Of a stretch of DNA of 64,000 nucleotides, positions 54,701 to 64,000 are shown piece by piece. The position numbers and the translations under genes were made by a program. The DNA lies in the NCBI RefSeq assembly GCF_004010195.1, contig NC_057753.1:9165544-9229543 (forward strand), read 5' to 3'. Below the pieces are notes generated by a model that was given only the letters and a program-made list of their open reading frames with translations, did not search any database and was not told the DNA's origin. Position 1 is the stretch's first letter. Every line of letters begins with the position of its first letter. This stretch comes from Chiloscyllium plagiosum. Taxonomy: Eukaryota.

Positions 54701-55135
54701 TCTGTCAGACTCCATGGGATTCTCTGCCCAAGAGAGCAGTTGTGACAGCTTAATGAAGTATCTTGAAGACGCAGTTGGATGGGTTTTTGCATGGTAGGGG
54801 AATTAAGGGTAGTCGGGATTGTGCAGATTGGTGGAGTTGTGATCTTAATGAATGACGGAGCAGGCTTGACCAAATGGTCTACTCCTGCTTCTGTTACTAT
54901 GAATCTGTACCACTGCATTTCCCGTGGCAGAAGTTTTCCCACGGCACAAAGGAGGTTTTCTAAAGTATATTTAAACCCCTTGCTTTACTTGACCTCAAAC
55001 TGCAGAGACTTGGAGGAAAGTAGAATTTGCAAAGTGTCCTTCCCTCCACACGTGCCTCAACTGCAGGACAGCTGTCCGGCCCGCCCTCCATTGTTGACGT
55101 CACAATTCGGATGCAGCCCTGTCAGTTTCAGAGTG
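54407..55135 (+). repeat. Direct repeat of ~225 bp (54407-54630 and 54912-55135)
   Basis: ACTGCATTTCCCG..GGC.GAAG.TTTCCCACGGCACAAAG...GCCCTGTCAGTTTCAGAGTG occurs twice. Confidence 0.9.
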
Positions 55136-55495
55136 AAACTCCCTCCCTCTGGGCAACATCTGGGAGCCAAGCAATGTCTCCCCCTTTCCATTTACCATCC
55201 TCCAGCAGCGAGGGGGAAGGGGAGGTAGGGGTGGGTGAAACACTGTTCACTTGTAGCAACTGGAGTGAATCCATGGAGGGAGCAGACTCTCGAAAGGTGC
55301 TCAAATACTTTCTATCTCTCTTAAAGCTATTTTCCTTGTGTTTTCCCTCAGTTTGGCACGTATACAGTTTGCACCCGAGAAAAGGATTGCTCCTTTCCTC
55401 ATGTTCACAACTAAAATGTTAGATTCTCAAGGAACTGAGCAGCATTTAAGGGATTGGCACATTGCTCAAAAAAATGGAGGCCACCTCGGGCCTGT

Positions 55496-55584
55496 GGCTC
55501 GTTGGTCTAGGGGTATGATTCTCGCTTCGGGCCTTCTGTTGCGAAGGCATGCGAGAGATCCCGGGTTCAATCCCCGACAAGCCC
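55496..55584 (+). tRNA. tRNA-Pro(CGG) with 18-nt intron (55532-55549); 3' T-arm/acceptor lesions
   Basis: GGCTCGTTGGTCTAGGGGTATGATTCTCGCTT-CGG-G[CCTTCTGTTGCGAAGGCA]TGCGAGAGATCCCGGGTTCAATCCCCGACAAGCCC; the 5' exon is identical to canonical vertebrate tRNA-Pro. Confidence 0.9.
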
Positions 55585-55799
55585 TTGTCTCTTACGCTGC
55601 CTTGTGCAAAAATGGCTAGTCAACACTGTCAAAAAGCAGCTTCATTAAACGAGATCTGACTGCCTGAATTAGGGATGGGGCAGAGCTTCCGTGACAATGA
55701 ACGCGGCAAGGGCAGCACTTATTCAAAGCGAACGCACGTTTTACTTCACACAGAAGGTGGTGGGCGTTTGGAACGCGTTGCCGGCAGAGGTGGCAGACA

Positions 55800-57292
55800 T
55801 CCCACTTAGACCATAGTATCATTACCAGGGACACCATCACACAAACTGGCGAAAGAACTACAGCAGAAACTGAAACACTTGATCAGCGGATCCAGACACT
55901 CGATACAATCAACACAGGAATTCTTGGACATCATCAGAAATATACACACAGACAAGGAAGAAACCATGGTCTCATTCGACGTAACGGCACTGTTCACGTC
56001 TATTGACAAAGCCCTACTCAGAGAAACAATAGCCAACCTGCTGAACAGACATAACGGACAACAGGACGTTGAACCCATCAACAAAGACGGCATACTTCAA
56101 CGACTGGATTTGTGCCTCACAACACACTTCACATTCAACAACCAGATATACGAACAAATCAACGGAACATCCATGGGCTCACCGATCTCGGGACTCATAG
56201 CAGAAGCAGTAATGCAAAGGTAAGAATAAACAGTCTTACCACAAATTCAACCCAAACTCTGGGTCAGATACGTTGATGACACCTTTGTAATCATTAAAAA
56301 CACGGAAATAGAGAATACACACCGGATCATCAACTCCACACTCACAAGAATCCGATTCACGAGAGAGGAAGAAAAGGACAACCAACTCCCATTCCTAGAC
56401 GTGAGGGTACAGAGAACACCAAAGGGAGAATTCACCACTAAAGTACACAGGAAAGCCACACACACAGACCAAGTCCTGAACTATGAAAGCAACCACTCCA
56501 ATACACACAAACGAAATTGCATCAAGACACTATTCAAAAGGGCCACAACACACTGCAGCACACCAGAACTGCAAAAAGAGGAAGAGGAACACCTATACAA
56601 GGCATTCGCAAAAAACGGATGTCCTGGCAATTTCATTAACAGATGCCTAAGGGAAAGACAACAGAACGAGGACATGTCGCAATCCAAAGGACTAGCCACA
56701 CTACCATCCATCAAGCACATCTCTGAAATGACAGCCAGACTACTGCGACCACTAGGACTTATAACAGCTCACAAACCAACAGCCACTCTCAGACAACAAC
56801 TCACCAAAACGAAGGACCCTATACCCAGCATGAGCAAAACTAATGTAGTGTACAAAATCCCATGCAAGGACTGCACAAAACACAATATAGTACAAACAGG
56901 AAGACAGCTAACGATCCGCATCCACGAACATCAACTAGCCACGAAACGACACGACCAGCTATCCCTAGTAGCCACACACGCAGACGACAAGCAACATGAA
57001 TTTGACTGGGACAACACTACCGTTATAGGGCAATCGAAACAACGAACAGCCAGGGAATTCCTAGAAGCATGGCACTCATCCACAAACTCCATCAACAAAC
57101 ACATAGACCTGGACCCAATATACCGGCCACTACAGCTGACAACCGGAAGCGGCAGGGACAGGCCAATATAAATGCCGGAGGAAACACCACAGAAGCGCTT
57201 CACAGGAGGCTCCCATACACTGAGGATGTCACCTAGACAGGGGACGAAACGTTTGCAACAAAAACTTACAGCTCGGCGAACAGAACCACAGT
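55800..57292 (+). mobile_element. 5'-truncated Penelope-like retroelement (RT + GIY-YIG endonuclease + 3' terminus with hammerhead-like core)
   Basis: MVSFDVTALFTSI, QINGTSMGSPISG and WVRYVDDTF (RT); VVYKIPCKDCTKHNIVQTGRQLTIRIHEH...REFLEAW (GIY-YIG). Stop at 56221; CTGAGGA...GAAAC at 57220-57250. Confidence 0.93.
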
Positions 57293-57669
57293 ATTATTCA
57301 CCTTCTAATGTAGTAATGGAGTTACGTCCTTTTTTGTCATAATTTTTTTATTTAATAGGTCAACAGGAAGTCATTCAGCAATTTTACTGCCTTTCCTTTC
57401 TCAAGCAGCCTTAATATTTCATTTTCATATCCTTGATTCAGATCCATTTCCAGCATCTTTGTTGGCAGTTTGTTCGATGTTATTGTCACTGAAATGAAGT
57501 TTTCCTCCATGCACAGCTAAGGCTATCTGGCAGCATGAGGGTGTTCAGATTTCTGTGGCCTGGATAATATGTGATCAGCAGACATCTGGCAATCTACAGA
57601 AATTGCCACCTATGTTATGTTCATTAACTGTACTGACAGTGATCACTTATTTTGTGATTTTTCATTGTA

Positions 57670-58350
57670 GGAAGACGTGCAGAAAGAAATCTGTAAACAA
57701 ATGATACATCAACTTCTTACAGAGCCACTTGATTCATTGGGACTGGAATATCAGCAGTCATTCCAATCAAGAAGGCATGTTTGCTTTTGTTTGTTTGAGA
57801 GATTTTGGACAGTGCTGTGGCAGGAAGAATACTGAGACACCGAGTGAGGGAGATTCAGTGCGCTGACAGTGAAAAGTGCTTCAAACCATTTACTCAGCTT
57901 GGAGGAATCAAAGTCTCACGCCTCAAGGTGGGAAAGGCTATGTACCCGTTCTGTTTGTAATTTCAATCCCAGAGCAACACAAGGAAAGCTCCCTCCAAAG
58001 GGGAAACCTTGGAAATGTGGGGTCTGTGGGAATGGATTCCATTCCCCATCCCTGCTGGAAACCTACAGACGCATTCACACCGGGAGAGACTAATCACCTG
58101 CTCAGTGTGTAGGAAGGGCTTCAGTCGGATCAGCCATCTGCAGACCCATGAGTGAGTCCACAAGGGAGAGAAGCCATTCACGTGCCCCATGTGCGGGAGG
58201 GGTTTCACTCAGTCAGCTGCACTGCTGACCCACCAGCGGCTCCACCCTGGAGAGAGGCCATTCACCTGCTGTATGTGCCGGAAGGGATTCACCTACTCCT
58301 CCCACCTGCGGAGGCACCAGCGAGTTCACGCGCCATCACAGGGGGATTGA
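57670..58350 (+). pseudogene. C2H2 zinc-finger exon, third paralogue of 37240-37920
   Basis: TTGTAG|GAAGACGTGC acceptor; [27 protein letters not shown], followed by a frameshift and further fingers. Confidence 0.85.
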
Positions 58351-59549
58351 AGGAGCGATGGCCGAGTGCCAAGTGCTTATGCGCGAAACGTCGATTCTCC
58401 TGCTCCTTGGATGCTGCCGGACCTGCTGTGCTTTTCCAACACCACACTCTCGACTCTGATCTCCAGCATCTGCATTTTTCACTTTCTCCTCGAGGGCAAG
58501 GTTGGACTTGTCTTTTATTCACTCATTCACTCCTTACAGCCTGTCCTTTGTTGTGGCCTAACTGCACATACATCAATGCAAGTTTCAGAAAGATTTGTGC
58601 AGCTTTTTGTTTTGAAAAAAATAACATTCTTCCCAACTTTAACGAAGTTTCTGAATATATGGTTTTAGTTATTCTCAATTTTAAAAATCAGCTATTCCTC
58701 ACATGCCGTGTTTCCCAGGTAAAGTCATCACCATCCATTCTCTCTCTTCCCTGAGAAAGACTTCATACAGCGATCAAAGAGGGCTGCGGCACGAGAAAGG
58801 ACGATTGTGGGAGTGGGTGGTGAAGGGGTCACTGGTGGTAGTGGAGAAGGGAGGGAAATGGACAGGGGAACAGACTGGGGTTCAGAGGGTTGGGGGAGAG
58901 AATAGAGGATGCAGTGTGAGGAGAGAGAATAGGCAGGGGGCAGTGGATGGGGTGAAAATGGACAGGGGGGCAGAATGTGAAGAGAGAGACAGCACAAATG
59001 CCACCTTCTCCAGGACTGGTGTCAATGTCCCACAAACTGGAACCAACTCCTCCCACATTTTTCAAAATACGCGTGGCCAAGGCAGTGGAACCATATCATC
59101 CCTACAGGCCATTCACACCGATCTTCCCAACAGCATCCCACTTAGACGCACTCGATTACGCTACAGCCCTGCAGTTCCCATGGCTATTTCCTGACGAAGG
59201 GTTTTGCCCGAAACGTCGAGTCTCCTGCTCCTCGGATGCTCCCTGACCTGCTGTGCGTTTCCAGCACCACACTCTTGACCGTCATCTCCCGCATCTGGAG
59301 TCCTCACTTTCGCCATGTAAGGGTTGAATGTTCTATTCCTAGTCTTTTAGATCTTTTAAAATCTTTCCACCATACCCTAAACCTTTACCCTCTACTTTTG
59401 GAATGCCTCTATCCTGGGGAAAAGACAGAAAAGTTGACAAAATGCAAAAGAAATAAAATGTGGAGTCACAGGGAAAAAAATCGGCAAAATAAAATAGCTT
59501 CGGCATTTTTCTCTCGTATTCGCATTTGGACGCTTACTATTTGTCATGA

Positions 59550-59819
59550 TCGGGAGGTGCCCGTGTTGGACTAAGGTGTGCGAAGTTAAAAATCACACAA
59601 CACCAGGTTACAGTCCAGTCGGCTTGTTTGGAAGCACTAGCTGTCGGAGCGCTGCTACTTCATCAGGTGGTTGTGGAATATAAGATCGAAAGATCATGAA
59701 TTCTGTGTCTTACGATGTTATACTCCACAATCAGCTGATGAAGGAGCATGGCTCCGAAAGCTAGTGCTTCCAAATAAGTCTGTTGGCCTATCACCAGGTG
59801 CTTTGTGATTTTTAACTTT
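59550..59819. mobile_element. Palindromic (foldback) short element made of two inverted Penelope-type termini
   Basis: AAGTTAAAAATCACA...GGAAGCACTAGCT..CGGAGC..CTTCATCAG.TG.TTGTGGA is mirrored by TCCACAATCAGCTGATGAAGGAGC..GCTCCGAAAGCTAGTGCTTCC...TGTGATTTTTAACTT. Confidence 0.8.
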
Positions 59820-60699
59820 AAAATTTGTAACAAATTCCTTCATACTGAGCATGCTCCACGGTGTCAGCAAGCACTGCACTTGACCGCCAGTGTCAGCAAG
59901 CACTGCGCATACTCTTGGGAGCGCGTGAGCTCCTTTCCATGGAGCAGTGTCGAACCTTGGAGGACCGGAAGGAGTCAGGTCCTCCTGCCAATCAGAGCCG
60001 GCCATTGTCGAAATGCGGAGGTTGGACCATGAGCTCTGAAGCTGCTGCTGCTCTTTTCTCTCTGCATAAGGTTAAGCTTCACCCCAGATTGTAACTTCCT
60101 TCCTTGTCTGACATTTGTGAGTACAACAGTGTTTTTCTCACCACGTTTTCATTCTGGGGTTCAAGAGTGAACCGAAGGAGGGGCCAGACTTTGGAAAAGT
60201 TGATCCAGGTCTGTGGGTCAACTTGCAAACACATGGCAAATACAATACCACAATGTGAAGTTCTAGCCTTTGCATTGTAAAAAAAATAGCAGAAAGGAGG
60301 TGCATTGTTTAAATGGTGATATGTTGAGATGTGGCGAAAGTGAAATGCTCGTGATCAGAGTTGAATATTGTGGCGCTGGAAAACCACAGTCGGTCAGGCA
60401 GCAACTGAGGAGGAGGAGAGTCGACGTTTCGGGCACGAGCCCTTCATCAGGAGTGATGTGTGGATAGACAAAGGGCCCTTAGTGTCCTTCTGCACCAGTC
60501 ACTGCCAGTTGTCAGAAAGTGCAGCAAGCAATGAGCAAAGCAAGTGGTATATCAGCAAGAGGAATTGAGTTCAGAAGTGGGGATGTCTTCCTGCAGTTGG
60601 GTCGGTTGTTGAATGTATTCAAGGCTGAGTTCATGTGACTTTGAAGAACAAAGAAGTTATGGGTGAAGGCCAGAAAATGGTTTTAAAAACAGTACAGAA

Positions 60700-61795
60700 C
60701 AGTTACAGAGTCATACAGCACAGAAACAGACTATTCAGTCGAACTAGTCCATGCTGGCGGTGTTCTGAAACTAAACTGGTCCCACCTGCCAATGATTGGC
60801 CTACATCCCTCCGAACCTTTCCTATTCATGTACTTATCCAAATGTCTTTTAAACATTGTAACTGTACCTGCATCCAGCAACTCCTCTGGACATTGATTCC
60901 TCAAACGAACTACTCTTTATCTTTAAAAAAAAGTGTCCCTCATGTCTTTTTAAATTATTTCTTTCTTCACCTTCAAAATTTGCTCCCTCATCTTGAACCA
61001 CCCACACTAGGGAAAGAATACCTGCCGTTCACCTCATCTATACCTCTCATGATTTTATAATCCTATCTAAGGTCACCTCTCAACCTCTGATGCTCCAGTG
61101 AAAAAAGTCCTCGCCTATCCATCTGGATGCAGGTATATTTATATCCAGTTCTGAACTGTTCAATACTGGTGCCAGCTGGAAAGACAAATGACCTATTTCT
61201 GCTTCTAATTCTCTCACTGTGTCCAGGACAGCAAGAGACCATACGACATAGGTGCAGAAATTAAGCCATGAAGCCCATCAGATCTGCTCCACCATTCAAT
61301 CACGGCTTATACGTTTCTCGACCCCATTTTGAAATATGGATTTTGGAGAGGCATATCAGGGCAGGATCTACACATTTAATGAGGAGTGTTGTTGAATAAA
61401 CATACCATGGAGTGCTGGTTCAGGATGAATAGGCTGGGCTGTTTTCTCTGGATCATTGGGGGCTGAGGGTTGACTTTATAGAAGTTCATAAGGAGCATGG
61501 ATAGGGTGAATAGCCAAAAGTTTTTCCCCCGAGTAGGGGAGTCCAAAACTAGAGGTCATAGGTCTGAGGTGAGAGGGGAAATATTTAAAAGGAACTTTGC
61601 AGGCACCTTTCTCACGCAGAGGGTGTTGTGTGTATAGAATGAGCTGCCAGAGGATGTGGTGGAGGCTGGTATAATTAAAGCATTTCAAAAGGCATCTGGT
61701 AATAGGGAGAATTGAGAGGGGTATGGGTTATGTGCTGACAAATGAGACGATGTTAATTTGGGATATCTGGTCAGCACGGACAATTTGGACTGAAG
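60700..61795. mobile_element. CR1/HER1 LINE 3' ends (minus ~60700-61120; plus ~61425-61795)
   Basis: Same tail motifs as other CR1 copies (GGGGAGTCCAAAACTAGAGGTCATAGG...GAATGAGCTGCCAGAGG). Confidence 0.75.
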
Positions 61796-63669
61796 GAAAG
61801 CAGAAGTGTCATTGTGAAGACTGGACTTTCAGAGCAGCTTTCAAAGATGTTTTGTCCTAACTGGGAGCAGAAGCTACAATGAAATCTTTCATTTGTGAGA
61901 TAGCAACTGAGTGAGTGAAGACATTCAGGATATTGGTGGAAAGTGGAAATTTGTTGCAATGTGGAGTTGAAGTGATTTAAGTAAAGTGTGCTGAGCAGGG
62001 AGCCTAGTGAAGGGTTAGGTGAGTTTTTGTTTTAAACTGCTCATTTCTTTCAGCCTCCAACATTGTATTTCCAATGCTGTCCATCAGTGGTTGTGGTGAT
62101 TCAATAACTGGTATCGTTAGAAGCCTTACGATTTTCAGTACTGCAGGTATAGCATTGTCTCATCAGCTTTGTAAAGGTAACTCGCAGCAGCGGGAGGCGT
62201 GGGCTGGATTCACTAGAAATGATTAAGCAGTTAGATAACACATGTACAAGAGGGCAGGGTGGGACTTGTCTTTCGATTTGCAGAAGGTGGGAGGTTCTGG
62301 TGCTTCGGTCCATGGCAAACACAACTGCGGTAAATCATAGAATCACTACAGCGTGGAAGCAGGCCATTCATCCCATCAAGTCCACACTGACCCATCCGAC
62401 GAGCATGCCACCCAGATCCACCCTATCTAGTTGTTTCTGCTGTTGAGTGAGACTAGGTCACAAGATTAGGGGGGGTAGGTTTAACACAGAGGAGAAGGAA
62501 CTGCTTTTCCCGGAGAGTGGTGAATCTATGGAATTCTCTGCCCAAGGAAGCAGGAGAAGCAGCCATATTAAAGACATAGTTCGATGGGATTTTGTATGGT
62601 AGGTGAATTTAGGATAGTCAGGATAATGCAGGTAAGAGGAGCTGAGACGATGGATAGATGAGCCATGATCTTTATGAATGGTGGAGTAGCTCGATGGACC
62701 AAATGGCCTACTCCTGCTTCTATTACTGCGAATGTATAAACATGCATTTTTCATGGCCAATCCGTATCAAGGTAGGTGAGCAATGTAGTGATGTGGAAAT
62801 GAACATCAGAGAATGATAGAAAGGGACACGGAAAGTAAATATCCCAGTCCAAAGATGTGCATGTCAGGTCAAATGACCATGCTAAATTGTCCATAGTGTT
62901 AGGTTCATGAATCAGAAAGAAATGGGTCTGGGAGGGTTACTCTTCAGGGTGTCGGTGTGGACTTGTTGGACCGAAGGGCCTGTTTCCACACTGCAGGGAA
63001 TCGAATCTAATCAATCAAAACTGGATTCTACAGAACACAAGAATTGAAACTGAAGACTGTATGGCTGAATGTGTGCTGCAATGTAACACAACTGAATGTA
63101 TTGACTGCACACATTGAAGACAATAATTATGATCTGAGACTCCTTACAGGGGCATGGTTTCAGGATGACAAGGATTGGATCTGAATATTGAGGGGTACGT
63201 GGCATTCAAGTTGAATAGGAAGCGAGGTAAAGGTAGAGGGTTGGCACTGCTAATCAACATGGTACTCTGGTGTCAGCTCGGATTTCAGGTCCTGATTTCT
63301 CTGTCCTCTTCTCCCTGTTCACACAGAGTAAGATGTTTTCTGTTCTCAGCTCAGCTGGCTTTCTGCTGAAATTTTGAGCCCCTTTTACACTTTCCAGAGC
63401 AATAAAACATTCAGTCGATCAAGGCCCAATCCACAATATTCTCAGCCTGACAACCATCCAGACTGAGAGAGTCATCGGAGCAGGGAATAAAACAAGAAAA
63501 ATGAAACAAAATTATACATAAAGGCACATTTGGCGCTTAAAGTGTGTTCATTTGATAGTAAACTAGAATTAGGGGTCTCCCAGGATTCTTATCATCCCCT
63601 ACTTGAGGAATTCTCTCTCCCTAACAATATTTACATCAACAGAAATAAAGCATCTTTTATCAAATAGAC

Positions 63670-64000
63670 ATAGAGATACGCAGCACGGAAATAGACATTT
63701 TGATCGAACACATCCATGCTGACAAGATGTCCTATATAAATCTAGTGTCCCATTTGCCAGCATTTGGCCCATATCCCTCCAAACCTTTCCTATTCACACA
63801 CCCATCCAGATGCCTTTTAAATGTTGTAATTGTACCAGCCTCCACCACCTCCTCTAGCCTATTTGCCCTATCCATGCCCGTCATGATTTTATAAATGTCT
63901 ATAAGATCACCCCTCAGCTTCCGACACTCCAGGGAAGCAGTCCCATCCTATTTAGGCACTCCTTATACCACAAACTCTCCAACCTTGGCGATCTCCTTAT
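63670..64000 (-). mobile_element. CR1/HER1 LINE 3' end
   Basis: CCCATTTGCCAGCATTTGGCCCATATCCCTCCAAACC...ATCACCCCTCAGCTTCCGACACTCCAGGG. Confidence 0.78.

Noticed and set aside
42500..55584. Functional link between the ERV 2H-like domain (cyclic-phosphate chemistry) and neighbouring intron-containing tRNAs
   Set aside because: Only proximity supports it; the provirus is decayed and vertebrate tRNA ligation uses RTCB.

Overview
Eukaryotic, repeat-rich vertebrate DNA, almost certainly from a shark (HE1-type V-SINEs, HER1/CR1-type LINEs and Penelope-like elements). There are six N-gaps: 5185-5684, 8496-9207, 27904-27923, 32036-32743, 34169-34812 and 43139-43638. No intact protein-coding gene is visible. 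The window is a segmentally duplicated cluster of tRNA genes and pseudogenes (iMet, Pro x5, Asn, Ser, Arg half, Glu, Trp x2) interleaved with six decayed C2H2 zinc-finger exons. A class I-like endogenous retrovirus (LTR, tRNA-Ser-type PBS, gag, pro, start of RT) sits at the centre of a ~25 kb inverted duplication whose axis is a 500-N gap. Three observations stand out. (1) All five tRNA-Pro copies, covering AGG, TGG and CGG isoacceptors, carry an 18-19 nt insert at the canonical 37/38 intron site; each insert has a purine at intron -3 and a co-varying hairpin. (2) There is a decayed 2H-phosphoesterase-like domain between retroviral protease and RT. (3) There are many hammerhead-ribozyme-like cores in Penelope-type termini, including a palindromic element with a core on each strand. 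Reference tRNA and repeat comparisons were made from memory, by eye; repeat boundaries are approximate.
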